Position numbers and translations under genes: made by a program | Virus record (IMG/VR): IMGVR_UViG_3300048623_000062 | Coordinates: 1 to 64,000 of that record | Reading direction: 5' to 3' (one strand) | DNA: 64,000 bases | Source of the DNA: a virus | Lineage: Duplodnaviria; Caudoviricetes | Notes under the pieces: generated by a model | What the model saw: only the letters and a program-made list of their open reading frames with translations | Told to the model about the DNA's origin: nothing | Database searches by the model: none | In this document: in pieces, positions 16,801 through 26,565 of the stretch | Numbering within the stretch: position 1 is the first letter of the stretch | Layout of the letters: each line of letters opens with the position of its first letter

Positions 16801-19632
16801 TCACGCCACGCCGAAGTTGAACACCATCGCCTTGCCGTCGCCGCCAGCAACCCCGTTTGATCCTCCGCCGTTACCGGCTCCGGCCGCGCCGCCGGCCACG
16901 CTGGTCGTCGCCGCAGTACCACCGCCCACCGCGTGGCAGATGTACCCACCGCCGCCGCCACCACCACCGCCAGCGCCGACCCCAGCGTTGCCACCGGCGC
17001 CGCCCGCGGCGGTCAGGAGCACGTTGGAGGGGTTGGTGACCGTGCGGGCCATGACCACAAGGTATCCACCGCCACCACCGCCACCGCCGCCGTTTGAGAC
17101 TCCGGTCACGCCAGCGCCCGAGGCGCCGCCTGCGCCGCCGGAGATCGAGGCGGTATTGGATGTGCCGAGACGCGCGACCTGGGCTGCGGGGAGGTTGTTG
17201 ATGCCACCGACCGAGACGGGGATCAGGTTGGTGATGCCGCCGCCGGTCGCGCCGGTATTGCCGCTGCTCGAGGCGCCCGAGTTGCCGCCGGTACCAGGGC
17301 GGAACGCCGTGGGGGCATTGTTGGTGTCCCCGCCGTTCTGGCCGTTGTTCTGGAGGCCATCGGAGCCGCCACCGCTGAAGCTGTTCAGCGAACCTTCGGT
17401 GCCAAGAAAGCCGACGCCCCCGGTGCTGCCGGATGCGTCGTTGCCCTTGCGCGAGATCGTGAAGGTGCCGCTTCCGGGACCAACGAGCGCGGTCCGACAG
17501 AAGATCCGGAATCCCGCCGAATCGAGCGTCACGCTTGAAGATCCGGTGAGCGTGTCATAGAACATGTCGCGCGTGAGCGTGGAGGCGGCGGTGACGCTGA
17601 CGTTGCCGTCGGAGCCATCTCCGAAGTACCCGCCGACGAGAGTCGGCGTTGCAGGTACGGACGCGGTGACCGTCGATCCGCTCATGCCGAACGAGACGCC
17701 GTTGGCGTTCGAGAACACCACCGTGCCGGCGGACTGGCTCGACCCGGCGGCGCTGAGCGCCACGCCACCGCCACCGGCGGCGGTGGCGGAGAACGACGCG
17801 GTCACGATATTGTTGCTCATCCCGAACGTGATGTTGTTCGAGTTCGAGAACACGACCGTGCCGGCCGTCGCCATCGTCGATCCGGCCGAGATCGCATTCG
17901 GCCCCACGCCCACCGCCGATGCGGTGATGGTCGAGCCCGACAGGCCGAACGAGACGCCGTTCGAGTTCGAGAACACCACGGTGCCAGCGCCGACCGACGC
18001 CGCACCGGCGCTGATCGCCGCCGGTCCAGTCGACTGGCTGTAGCTCGCGGTGACGATGGACGAGCCGGACATGCCGAACGAGACGCCGTTCGAGTTCGAG
18101 AACACGACGGTTCCCGCCGTCGCGGTCTGCGTGCCGGCCGCGATCGCCGCGGCGCTGGCGCCGGCCGCGCTGGCCGTGACGATCGATCCGTTCATGCCGA
18201 ACGAGACGTTGTTCGAATTCGAGAACACCACCGTGCCGCTGGTGAGCGTCGAGGCGCCCGCCTGGACGCCGATCGACGGCCGCACGGATGCCGTCAAGGT
18301 GGAGTTGCTGAGGCCCCAGGTGACGCCGTTCGAGTTGGCGTACGACACGGTGCCTGCGGACTGCGTGGCCGTCCCGGCAATGACAGCGTCGAGGCCGAGC
18401 TTGGAGGCGGTCACCGTCGATCCGCTGAGGCCGAACGAGACCCCGTTCGAGTTCGAGAACACGACCGTGCCAGCGCCGACCGAGGCGGTGCCGGCGCTGA
18501 TCGCCGCCGGTCCAGTCGACTGGCTGTAGCTCGCGGTGACGATGGACGAGCCGGACATGCCGAACGAGACGCCGTTCGAGTTCGAGAACACGACGGTTCC
18601 CGCCGTCGCGGTCTGCGTGCCGGCCGCGATCGCAGTGGGGCCGAGCCGCGAGGCGGTGAGGACGCCGTTCGACAACCCGAACGTGATGTTGTTGCTGTTC
18701 GAGATCGTGATCACGCCGGTGGTGACCAGCGACGCGCTCGCGCTGATGCCGATGCCCGACGCGGTGCCGCCGGCGGTCTGCGCGGTCGCGGTGATCACCG
18801 AGCCGGACATACCGAACGAGACGTTGTTCGAGTTCGAAAACACGATGGTGCCCGACGTTCCGGTCGACCCGGCCGCCGCGATCCCCGATGGACCGTCGTG
18901 GCTCGCGGTGACGATGGACGACCCCGACATCCCGAACGTGACGCCGTTCGAGTTCGAGAACACCACCGTGCCGGTCGTCGCAAGTTGAGACCCCGCGGAG
19001 ATCGCCACCGCGCCCGAGGTGCCAGCGTCCTCGGATGTCGTCGTGAAGCCGACGTTGACCAGCGGGGTGCCCGGGTTGTTCACGGGGACGCCCGAGCGCC
19101 GCACGCGCATGAACTTCGCGACGATGACGCCGCTCGCGAGGCGGTTCGACCCCTGGAACTGGAACGGCTGCGCCCAGTCGGTCGTGCCGTCGACCGAGAT
19201 CTCGACGATCAGCACGCCGCCGAAGGCCCCACCGACCTGCACCGTCTTGAACAGCCCGATGTCCGCGCTGACGTCCACGGACGCGCCCACGCCGTTCCCC
19301 GCGGGGACGGTCAGCGACGCGAACGTGGTGCCGGAGGTCGTGCCGCCGACGTTCACCGTGCTCGTGCCGCCGACGTTCACGTTGTAGCCGGAGACGCGCA
19401 CGCGCAGGAACCGCGCCGCGACGTTGATGGTCGTCGAGCCGCTGTTCTGGATGCTGGCCACCGCCTGCCATCCACCACCCTGGGCGGCGTCGTTGTTGAG
19501 CTCGATGGTGATGGTGCACAGCGCGGTGCCTACGACCGTGATCGTCTTGGTGGCCCCGAACGTCGAGACATCCGTGGCGGCGCCGACGCCGTTGCCGAGC
19601 GGTACTGTGAGAGAAACGAATTGATTCGCCAT
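16801..19632 (-). CDS. Long fibre/spike protein with 11 GTVVFSNSNGVSFG repeats and Gly-rich C-terminal domain
   Basis: Repeats counted in translation; YFGDGSDG..LTRDMFY Gly-rich domain seen in virion fibres. Confidence 0.75.
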   Translation of the reverse strand: MANQFVSLTVPLGNGVGAATDVSTFGATKTITVVGTALCTITIELNNDAAQGGGWQAVASIQNSGSTTINVAARFLRVRVSGYNVNVGGTSTVNVGGTTSGTTFASLTVPAGNGVGASVDVSADIGLFKTVQVGGAFGGVLIVEISVDGTTDWAQPFQFQGSNRLASGVIVAKFMRVRRSGVPVNNPGTPLVNVGFTTTSEDAGTSGAVAISAGSQLATTGTVVFSNSNGVTFGMSGSSIVTASHDGPSGIAAAGSTGTSGTIVFSNSNNVSFGMSGSVITATAQTAGGTASGIGISASASLVTTGVITISNSNNITFGLSNGVLTASRLGPTAIAAGTQTATAGTVVFSNSNGVSFGMSGSSIVTASYSQSTGPAAISAGTASVGAGTVVFSNSNGVSFGLSGSTVTASKLGLDAVIAGTATQSAGTVSYANSNGVTWGLSNSTLTASVRPSIGVQAGASTLTSGTVVFSNSNNVSFGMNGSIVTASAAGASAAAIAAGTQTATAGTVVFSNSNGVSFGMSGSSIVTASYSQSTGPAAISAGAASVGAGTVVFSNSNGVSFGLSGSTITASAVGVGPNAISAGSTMATAGTVVFSNSNNITFGMSNNIVTASFSATAAGGGGVALSAAGSSQSAGTVVFSNANGVSFGMSGSTVTASVPATPTLVGGYFGDGSDGNVSVTAASTLTRDMFYDTLTGSSSVTLDSAGFRIFCRTALVGPGSGTFTISRKGNDASGSTGGVGFLGTEGSLNSFSGGGSDGLQNNGQNGGDTNNAPTAFRPGTGGNSGASSSGNTGATGGGITNLIPVSVGGINNLPAAQVARLGTSNTASISGGAGGASGAGVTGVSNGGGGGGGGGYLVVMARTVTNPSNVLLTAAGGAGGNAGVGAGGGGGGGGGYICHAVGGGTAATTSVAGGAAGAGNGGGSNGVAGGDGKAMVFNFGVA
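17962..18632. repeat. Near-identical ~180 bp internal duplication in fibre gene (offset 486 bp)
   Basis: Copies at about 17962-18145 and 18449-18632. Confidence 0.8.
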
Positions 19633-19646
19633 AGATGAACTCCCTG

Positions 19647-20393
19647 TTAGACGCCGCGAACGAACCAGAACCCGGGCGCTGTCGAGTCGAAGGTGATGAT
19701 CACGCCGCCGCCCGCGGGGATGACGTAGTCACCAGGCCCGAAGAACTTACCACCCGCCGTGCCGGCGTCGTTCTGATTGCGGAGGGTGAGCGTCTGGCCG
19801 CCCGCGGTGCCGATGTTCTGGATAGCGATCTGCCGCCCGTCGGGATTGGGCGACGCGATGATGATGGAGTCGATGGTCGTCCCGGCCGCGTTCGGAAAGA
19901 CATCGAGTCGGGATGCGAGATTCAGCCCGGTAGCCTGACTCGGGCCGAGCTCGGCGTAGTTGGCGTTCGACGGGTTGAGCGTGGCGCTGTTGCCCAGGGT
20001 GAGCATCGTCTGCAGTACCGTGGCCGTGCCATTGATGACCGCGATCTGCGCGGTCTCGACGATCTGCCCGGCCGTGGTCACCACGTTGCCGTTGGTGTTG
20101 GTGACGAGCAGGTTGCCCGTCGATGCGAGGTTCGAGGTGATCTGCGTGCCGGAATTCTCGAGCAGCAGGTCAGCGCCATCGGTGACGAGGTGCATCCCAG
20201 CTCCGTCGTCGCAGGTCAGCGCCATCGTGTTCCCGGCGCCGGACGCGACCAGCGTGGTGCTCGACGCCTGCAGGAGCGCCGTCGGGACCTCGTCCGGGCC
20301 GTCCTTGCTGAGGATCAGACGCGCGGTCGAGTCGAGCACGCGCACCGTCACGGACTCGCCGGCCACTACACGACATGCAAACGGCTTCGCCAT
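19647..20393 (-). CDS. Putative virion spike/fibre-associated beta-rich protein
   Basis: T/N/G-rich; C-terminal DGRQIAIQNIG...VIITFD..FW domain. Confidence 0.6.
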   Translation of the reverse strand: MAKPFACRVVAGESVTVRVLDSTARLILSKDGPDEVPTALLQASSTTLVASGAGNTMALTCDDGAGMHLVTDGADLLLENSGTQITSNLASTGNLLVTNTNGNVVTTAGQIVETAQIAVINGTATVLQTMLTLGNSATLNPSNANYAELGPSQATGLNLASRLDVFPNAAGTTIDSIIIASPNPDGRQIAIQNIGTAGGQTLTLRNQNDAGTAGGKFFGPGDYVIPAGGGVIITFDSTAPGFWFVRGV

Positions 20394-20399
20394 GGATCC

Positions 20400-21281
20400 T
20401 CAGGTGGGGCTCGAGGTGAGGGGGGAGACGAAGAACGTGATGCGATCGCCGGCCTGGAGCTCGGCGGTCGCGATGCACACGAACTCCGTCGTGGTCTGCT
20501 GGTCTCGCGGGATGTCGAAGGCGACGATCGCCCCGACACTCTGACAGGTGCACGTCACGCCGTAGACCGCGGTCTGCGCGGTCGGCAGCGGGATCGTGAG
20601 CTCGGACAGGTCCGGCTCCTCGCCGGTGACGATGTAGTCGAACACGACCAATGTCGATGTGGTACCGCCCCCGCCGCCCTCGCCGAGCGTGGTCGCGCCG
20701 ACGTTGACGACGGGCAGCCCGGGGTTGATGGGCGGCACGCCCGCGCGCTTGACGCGCATGAGGCGCGCCACGACCACCGTCGATTCGGCGTTCGGCCGGT
20801 AGAACGCGAATGGCTGCGCCCACTCGTCGCCGTCGACCGATACCTCGACGATCAGCGACCCGCGGAACGGGCCGCCGACCTGCACCGTTTTGAACAGGCC
20901 CAGCAGCGCCGAGCTCACGTCGACCGAGTCACCGACGCCGTTGCTGGCCGGCACCGGAAGTTCAACGAACGTCGCCCCGGCATCGGTCGCGCCGACGTGC
21001 ACCGAGCTCGTGCCGCCGACCCGGGTGTTGTACGCGGACACGCTCGCGCGCATCCACCGCGCGGCCACGGAGACCGTGATCGATCCGCTGTTGTGGATGG
21101 TGGTCAGCGACTGCCACGACCCGAGCGTCGGATCGTCGCTGTTGTTGAACTCGATGTTGATCGCCGAGCGCGCGGTCCCGACGACCACGACGGTCTTCGT
21201 GCCGCCGAACGTCGACACGTCGACCGCGGTTCCGTTGCCGTTTCCGAGCGGAACCGGAAGCTCGGTGAAGACATTGCTCAT
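20400..21281 (-). CDS. Putative virion protein, paralog of fibre N-terminal module
   Basis: VPLGNGNGTAVDVSTFGGTKT vs VPLGNGVGAATDVSTFGATKT; two tandem domains shared. Confidence 0.7.
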   Translation of the reverse strand: MSNVFTELPVPLGNGNGTAVDVSTFGGTKTVVVVGTARSAINIEFNNSDDPTLGSWQSLTTIHNSGSITVSVAARWMRASVSAYNTRVGGTSSVHVGATDAGATFVELPVPASNGVGDSVDVSSALLGLFKTVQVGGPFRGSLIVEVSVDGDEWAQPFAFYRPNAESTVVVARLMRVKRAGVPPINPGLPVVNVGATTLGEGGGGGTTSTLVVFDYIVTGEEPDLSELTIPLPTAQTAVYGVTCTCQSVGAIVAFDIPRDQQTTTEFVCIATAELQAGDRITFFVSPLTSSPT

Positions 21282-21892
21282 ACGTGTCGCCTCCGCTGAT
21301 AGAGGAGCCACAGGAACACCGCGGCCCCGCCGACGACCAACACCGCACCGACGCCGATTCCGGCCAGCGCCAGCCAGCCGAGCGGGTCGTCGTTGTTCGT
21401 GAAGTTGCTCTCACCGGCCGCGAAGTCCGGCACCATCTTCCGACGCACCTCCCAGTGCGTGTGGTTCGCCGAGCTCGTCACGCCGACCTGCTGGCCGGCG
21501 GCGACTCGAGCGCCCGCAGGTGCATAGGCGGCGGTCAGCGGCTCGAGGTGCGCCAGGAGGTGGAACTTGCCGCTGTCGCCCTGGATGATGATGAGCCAGG
21601 GGCCATAGCCAACGAACGGCGCGCTGTTGCCATCGGCCGTTGCGACCACCGTCCCGGATTCCGGCGCCACCACGGTCGTCCCCGCGAAGCCCGCGACGTC
21701 CACGCCAGGATGACGGCATGGGTACAGCCCGACGCCGCACGACCCGTCCGCAGGCGTCGACCTGACCTCGAGGTAGCCGCCATGCGCGCCGACCTGGAGC
21801 GGGTAGATCGGCGGCTGCGGCCTACCTGGCGCCGGCGCGGCTGTCTCAACGGGGGTCGCCCCCAGCGCCTGCGCGGCGCGGGCGTAGGTCAC
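21278..21892 (-). CDS. M23 (LytM-like) endopeptidase with C-terminal membrane anchor
   Basis: HPGVD (HxxxD), APESGTVV, GYG, AHL, HTHWE (HxH); C-terminal TM plus RRR. Confidence 0.85.
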   Translation of the reverse strand: MTYARAAQALGATPVETAAPAPGRPQPPIYPLQVGAHGGYLEVRSTPADGSCGVGLYPCRHPGVDVAGFAGTTVVAPESGTVVATADGNSAPFVGYGPWLIIIQGDSGKFHLLAHLEPLTAAYAPAGARVAAGQQVGVTSSANHTHWEVRRKMVPDFAAGESNFTNNDDPLGWLALAGIGVGAVLVVGGAAVFLWLLYQRRRHV

Positions 21893-21895
21893 GTC

Positions 21896-23962
21896 TCACC
21901 ACCCGTCCCTTTCGTTGAGTACGAAGTGGAAGGTGGCACCGCGATCGCTGATCTCGGACTCCGCGACCTCGTCGGGGTCGAGCGCGCCGATGAGGTCCGC
22001 GCGAGCGAGCACGAGCGCCCCGGTGCGGTTGAGCTCGACGAGTTTCTTCTTGAACTGGTCGTAGGTCATGCCGCCCAGCCGTGGATCGTCCTGGACGCGG
22101 CGCCAGATCGCCGAGACGAACACCTTGCTCCCGAAGCGGCCGTAGCCGCGTCCGTTGCGCTGGTCCTCGTCGGTCTTCTTGACCGCGTCGATGACCGCGT
22201 CGGCGACGCCGCCCACCGGCGCCACGACCGTCGCGGGCGCTGGACGCTGGACCACATGCCGAGTCACCGCCGGGGCCGGCCGCGCCGGGGAGCGCCGCGC
22301 AGCCTGATTGGGTTCGTTGACCACGAAGTGGTACGTCGCGCCGCGATCGTGAATCTCCGACCCGATCACCTCATTGTGGTCCATCGCGGCAACGAGGTCC
22401 GCGCGCGCCATCGTGAGCAAACGCTGGCGATGCGCCTCGAGCAGACGCCGCTTGAACTCCTCGGCGGACATCGAGGCGAACCGAGGGTAGTCCCGGAGGT
22501 CTCTCCAGATCGCCGCGATGAACACCTTCCGATCGCCGAATCGGCCGCGCGCCTCCCCCTCGACCTCGCTCTCGTCGCCGATCCCATCGGCCGCCACGTT
22601 GACCGCCTGGGCGAACTCCTCGATGGGCATCTCGCGCCGCGCAGACCGCGCAGGAGCCGCAGCCGGCGCATGCCCGAGACGCTGGCGATATGCCGCGTAC
22701 TGCAGCCGCGAGTCGCCCTCGAAGATACCGCCGGCGAGTTGCTCGTCGGTCAGCTTCACGTGCCGGCCATCCGCGCTGTCGAGGCTCAGCACTTTCTGCC
22801 GGCGCATGTCGTTCACGCCTGCGGTGAACTCCTCGTGCGAATACTGCGGCATCGCCTTGCGCAGGTCGTAGAGCAGTACGTAGTTGTGACCCTTGTCGAG
22901 CCGACGGAACGCCGTCTCGAAGTCGCGGGCGAAGTTCGCCGCGAACGCGCCGGGGTCCGGCAACGGGTCTGGCTTCACATGCGGCCCCGGCGCGGCGAGC
23001 AACCGGTCGTACTCGGCTGCCTCGCGCTCGTGGCGTCTCATGTCTCGCAAATCCGCGCGCGTCGCCCCGGTCTTGGTCGGCCGGGGGCGAGGCGGCGGGC
23101 TCAGCACTGCGTCGGGCGGTCGCGACAGCTTGACCGTCCGCGAGGCCACGGGCGACGGCGCACGCGCGGGCGAGCGAGGCGACTTCGGCTTCGACATCCG
23201 ATCCGTGTCGCGCGCGGGCCGCTTGGCGAAGATCACCTCCTTGAGGTCCTTGGCCAGCGCGCCGCCCTTGGCGAGGTATCGGTAGTGCTCGAACTCCGCC
23301 GCGGAGTTTCCGGTAAAGAACACAAACCGGTCGACGAGGTCCGGGCGATTCTCCTCCACCCAGTGAAACAGGTCGATGCCGCTCTTGTCGCCGAGCACAT
23401 CCACGTCGCTCACGATGAGGCCGACCATGTGGACCTTGATATTCGCGATCGCCGCGTCCACGTTGTCCGAGACGATGACCGGCGTGCCCTTGAAGATCCG
23501 CCCGAGCATCTTCGTGGTGCCGGCCTGCAGGACCGGATCGTCCTCGAGCAGGATGATGCGATCTTGGCTGTTCGCGGCGTGGACGTCTTGCTTGGCCGGG
23601 TTCTGCACCTCGGCGCCACCATCCCAGGTCAACTCGAGTTGGCCATCGCGGGACTCGAGCTCGGCCGTGAACGTCGGCACGCGGAGCCCGGCGCCATACA
23701 CCACCGAGTCCCACTCGCCACCGGCGCCCATCGCGTAGGACACCAGGATATCGCCGACGTCCGACGGACGGAGGTCCGACGCGGATCGGTGAAGTTGATC
23801 GGCGATGCCCACGAGGCCGGTGTGGTTCACCTCCTCGTAGAGGTGCGCGAGATCCTCGGCCGCCTTGCGCGCTGGCGCCGGCGCCTTGCCGCGGGTCTGC
23901 GATACGCTCTCCCAGAGCGCCTCGCTCATCTCATTGATCAGGCCGCCCCGAGACCACGTCAT
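21896..23962 (-). CDS. Multidomain protein: receiver-like domain plus repeated winged-helix-like domains
   Basis: IILLEDD...LIVSDV...FFTG...LAKG receiver motifs; two strong RFG.KVF..AIW...ARADL...SEI.DRGAT repeats and one weaker. Confidence 0.7.
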   Translation of the reverse strand: MTWSRGGLINEMSEALWESVSQTRGKAPAPARKAAEDLAHLYEEVNHTGLVGIADQLHRSASDLRPSDVGDILVSYAMGAGGEWDSVVYGAGLRVPTFTAELESRDGQLELTWDGGAEVQNPAKQDVHAANSQDRIILLEDDPVLQAGTTKMLGRIFKGTPVIVSDNVDAAIANIKVHMVGLIVSDVDVLGDKSGIDLFHWVEENRPDLVDRFVFFTGNSAAEFEHYRYLAKGGALAKDLKEVIFAKRPARDTDRMSKPKSPRSPARAPSPVASRTVKLSRPPDAVLSPPPRPRPTKTGATRADLRDMRRHEREAAEYDRLLAAPGPHVKPDPLPDPGAFAANFARDFETAFRRLDKGHNYVLLYDLRKAMPQYSHEEFTAGVNDMRRQKVLSLDSADGRHVKLTDEQLAGGIFEGDSRLQYAAYRQRLGHAPAAAPARSARREMPIEEFAQAVNVAADGIGDESEVEGEARGRFGDRKVFIAAIWRDLRDYPRFASMSAEEFKRRLLEAHRQRLLTMARADLVAAMDHNEVIGSEIHDRGATYHFVVNEPNQAARRSPARPAPAVTRHVVQRPAPATVVAPVGGVADAVIDAVKKTDEDQRNGRGYGRFGSKVFVSAIWRRVQDDPRLGGMTYDQFKKKLVELNRTGALVLARADLIGALDPDEVAESEISDRGATFHFVLNERDGW

Positions 23963-23974
23963 CGCTTTCGCCCT

Positions 23975-24499
23975 CTAGGCGTCCATCGCCCGGTTGTTGG
24001 TGATTCCGATGCGCAGCCGGCACAGCGACACGCCGCTGTGCAGCGCGCCCGCCACGTGCCTGTCGTCGCCCATCTCCCACGCGCATTCGAACGGCTCGAT
24101 CGAGAGACGCCCGATACCGCCGGCCGCCATCAAATCCGGTGACTGCGTCGCCAGGATCGTCGTGCGCATCGGATTGACCGCCGACGGGTCGAAGTCGATC
24201 GCCTTGCGATCCCCCGGAATCCGCGACTGCTTGCGACAGCGCGGACAGATGATGTGCGCGACCAGCGGCTCGCCGGGGATGGCGTAGACATCGACCGTCA
24301 AGAACTGGTCGCCGTACACCACCACCACCTCCTGCTTGCCTGCCGTCAGGCTGGTCGTCATCGAGATCCCGGTCTCCATGTCTCCGGCAATGCGCACGAC
24401 CTCGCGCTCCTTGCCACTGGCAAGCGAACCCGGCTTCACGCCCATCATGTCTTGCACGCGCGGGTCGCGGAGGTCGATGGAGAGCGAGTTCTTGGTCAT
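23975..24499 (-). CDS. Zn-binding hypothetical protein
   Basis: CPRC, distal C...C. Confidence 0.6.
   Translation of the reverse strand: MTKNSLSIDLRDPRVQDMMGVKPGSLASGKEREVVRIAGDMETGISMTTSLTAGKQEVVVVYGDQFLTVDVYAIPGEPLVAHIICPRCRKQSRIPGDRKAIDFDPSAVNPMRTTILATQSPDLMAAGGIGRLSIEPFECAWEMGDDRHVAGALHSGVSLCRLRIGITNNRAMDA
24411..24423. repeat. Dispersed palindrome copy
   Basis: cTTGCCACTGGCAAg; inside CDS (LASGK frame). Confidence 0.9.
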
Positions 24500-24509
24500 G
24501 GAGCCGAGT

Positions 24510-24773
24510 CTACTTCTTCAGGAGCAAGACGGCGCCGAGCCCGGCCACGCCGAGCAGGAGAAGCGTCGTGGTAGAGATCCCGCCCTGCTGGGCGGCCAGC
24601 GCCGCCGCGAGATCGCGGTTGGTCTGGGCAGCCGCGGCAGCCGCGCCCGCTGACTGCTGACTGCGGTTGTAGAAGTCGAGGACCGCCTTGGCGCCGCCGC
24701 CGATGTCGTCCCAGAAGTCACCGACCCCGGCGTACCCGGATCGGCTGATGAGGTTGTTTCGCGCGTACGCCAT
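24510..24773 (-). CDS. Small virion membrane protein, MAY...GVGD leader
   Basis: GGAG RBS; C-terminal TM LLLLGVAGLGAVLLLKK. Confidence 0.7.
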   Translation of the reverse strand: MAYARNNLISRSGYAGVGDFWDDIGGGAKAVLDFYNRSQQSAGAAAAAAQTNRDLAAALAAQQGGISTTTLLLLGVAGLGAVLLLKK

Positions 24774-24786
24774 GGTGGGTGTCTCC

Positions 24787-25188
24787 TTAGCCGCGCTTCT
24801 TGAGGACGAGCGCGAGCATGATGATACCGCCACCGATGGCGATCGCGGTAGTAGTAGACAGGCCGGTCTGGGGCTGCGGGGCGATGACGGTCGGCTGCTG
24901 GCCGGGGAGGAAGCGGAGGATGGAGTCCAGGATGCCGCCGCCCGCACTCATTCCCGCCGGGTGCGCCGGATCGGGATCCACGGCGCCCGGCGCGCGGTAC
25001 GTCGACCCGTCGGAGTTGAACGTCGTCATGCCGCCGTCCGGGGTCGCGCAGTAGTTGCCCGGCTTCCGGTAACCATCGCCGATGGGAATCGTCGAGCACT
25101 GGTCATCCGACGAGAACCCCCCGAACGCCCCGAGGACGCCCCCGAGCAGGGAGCGCTTGTTCTTGACGAGGACGCGCTTCATGTACAT
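24787..25188 (-). CDS. Virion membrane protein
   Basis: ATG overlaps upstream TGA; C-terminal TM plus KKR. Confidence 0.7.
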   Translation of the reverse strand: MYMKRVLVKNKRSLLGGVLGAFGGFSSDDQCSTIPIGDGYRKPGNYCATPDGGMTTFNSDGSTYRAPGAVDPDPAHPAGMSAGGGILDSILRFLPGQQPTVIAPQPQTGLSTTTAIAIGGGIIMLALVLKKRG

Positions 25189-25529
25189 CAGATCTTCCCC
25201 TTCTTCTTCGACAGGAGATAGTAAGCGAGGCCGCCGCCGGCCGCGAGGACGACGTAGGGCACGTAGTTGGTCTTTGGCTCGGGCTGCGCACCTTGCGCGC
25301 CGCCGCTCACGGCGCTCGAGAGCGCATCCTTGAGCCAGTCGAGCATGCTCGGGCCGCACGCGGCGCCAACGCGCTTGAACGGATGGTCGGCCGGAAACTG
25401 ATCGCACGGGATCCGCTTGGGGCCGGTGATGTCGATGGGCGGGTTGCTCGAGTTCGGGTCGAAGATCGTCGGATCGACCTCGTGAGGAGCGGTGACCGGA
25501 TCGCCCATGCCGCGTCGGTGGTAACTCAT
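25188..25529 (-). CDS. Virion membrane protein, MSY...GMGD leader
   Basis: C-terminal TM YVVLAAGGGLAYYLL-KKK. Confidence 0.7.
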   Translation of the reverse strand: MSYHRRGMGDPVTAPHEVDPTIFDPNSSNPPIDITGPKRIPCDQFPADHPFKRVGAACGPSMLDWLKDALSSAVSGGAQGAQPEPKTNYVPYVVLAAGGGLAYYLLSKKKGKI

Positions 25530-26275
25530 GAACTCTTCCGATCCTTGAGTAGGAGGTAGGCCCCCAGGACGGCGACACCGCCGACCAGGAGCACCGTGGT
25601 CATCGGGTATCCTGCGATCATGACGCCGTTCGCGTCTGGGATCTCCGGGCTGGGCGGAATGACGATCGGCCCATTGGGACCCATGACGACTCGGCCGCCG
25701 TCTGGAGTCGGGACCGCACCTCCTCCGCCACCACCACCGCTGCTTGGTACCGGGGGCTGCACGACAAGACCAGGACCAGGTGGTTGCGTCGGCGACGTGG
25801 GGGATGTTGGCGTCGTGGGTGACGTCGGGTTCTGGGTCGTCGCACCACGATGATCACGCACGATCGCGCCGGGGATCGGGGCCTTGGTTCCCGGCACGAA
25901 CCCGGGCGGGATCGCTGCGGGTGGCGGCGGCGGCGAATTCGGACTGTGATACGCGCCGGGCTGCAGCGTTCGCACGCCTCGCATGCCGGGGAGTGGAACC
26001 GGGTTTGCCGGAGGGGTTGGTGTTGGCGTACGGGTTGGAACCGGCGCTGGGCGACGGTCCGGAGCGCGGCTTCCGCCCGGCGATCGCCGATCTGGCGTGT
26101 CGCGATCGATGGCCCCGAGAGCCCCCGATGCGACCGCCGCCATGAGGCGATCTCGTGCGCGGGTCGCGCGCCCGACCTGAACCCGGCGGTAGCGGGTCGA
26201 CGATGACACCATGTCGGATGCGGCGATCGCCCCCACGCCGCGCGTCGCGCGGTCGCTATCTCTCGTGTACCCCAT
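25526..26275 (-). CDS. Pro-rich virion membrane protein, MGY...GVGA leader
   Basis: Pro/Thr-rich stalk; C-terminal TM. Confidence 0.7.
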   Translation of the reverse strand: MGYTRDSDRATRGVGAIAASDMVSSSTRYRRVQVGRATRARDRLMAAVASGALGAIDRDTPDRRSPGGSRAPDRRPAPVPTRTPTPTPPANPVPLPGMRGVRTLQPGAYHSPNSPPPPPAAIPPGFVPGTKAPIPGAIVRDHRGATTQNPTSPTTPTSPTSPTQPPGPGLVVQPPVPSSGGGGGGGAVPTPDGGRVVMGPNGPIVIPPSPEIPDANGVMIAGYPMTTVLLVGGVAVLGAYLLLKDRKSS

Positions 26276-26565
26276 TACCGTCGCCCTCGGCCGTGGTGCC
26301 CATGGCCGCCCCCATGGCCACCGCCCCGCCCTCTACCAGCACGATAGGACCCCCACGACGGCCCCCACGGCATGCCCCACCCAGCGGGCGGATCGTAGTC
26401 CATGTCCGCCGCCTCCACGTTCACCACGACCTGCGGGGCCGCAAACGGCGGCGACTGCGTGCCAGCCGACCCGGCCGTGAGCGCAGAGGTGGCCGCAGAC
26501 TTCTTGGACAGGTAGTAGAGCGCCACGGCGGCGCCACCCAGGATGAGCACGGTGGAAGTCTTCAT
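26275..26565 (-). CDS. Membrane protein with N-terminal TM and Gly/His/Arg tail
   Basis: MKTSTVLILGGAAVALYYLSKK. Confidence 0.65.
   Translation of the reverse strand: MKTSTVLILGGAAVALYYLSKKSAATSALTAGSAGTQSPPFAAPQVVVNVEAADMDYDPPAGWGMPWGPSWGSYRAGRGRGGGHGGGHGHHGRGRR

Noticed and set aside
16801-20393. Fibre genes as evidence for a tailed phage
   Set aside because: Gly-rich fibre domains also occur as vertex spikes; no tail tube, sheath, tape measure or baseplate genes recognised
21284-24142. Very long plus-strand ORF (952 aa) and similar long ORFs at 15923-17560, 17555-19519, 14205-15560 and 19635-21299
   Set aside because: Antisense or off-frame shadows of well-supported genes, expected with GC-rich codon bias
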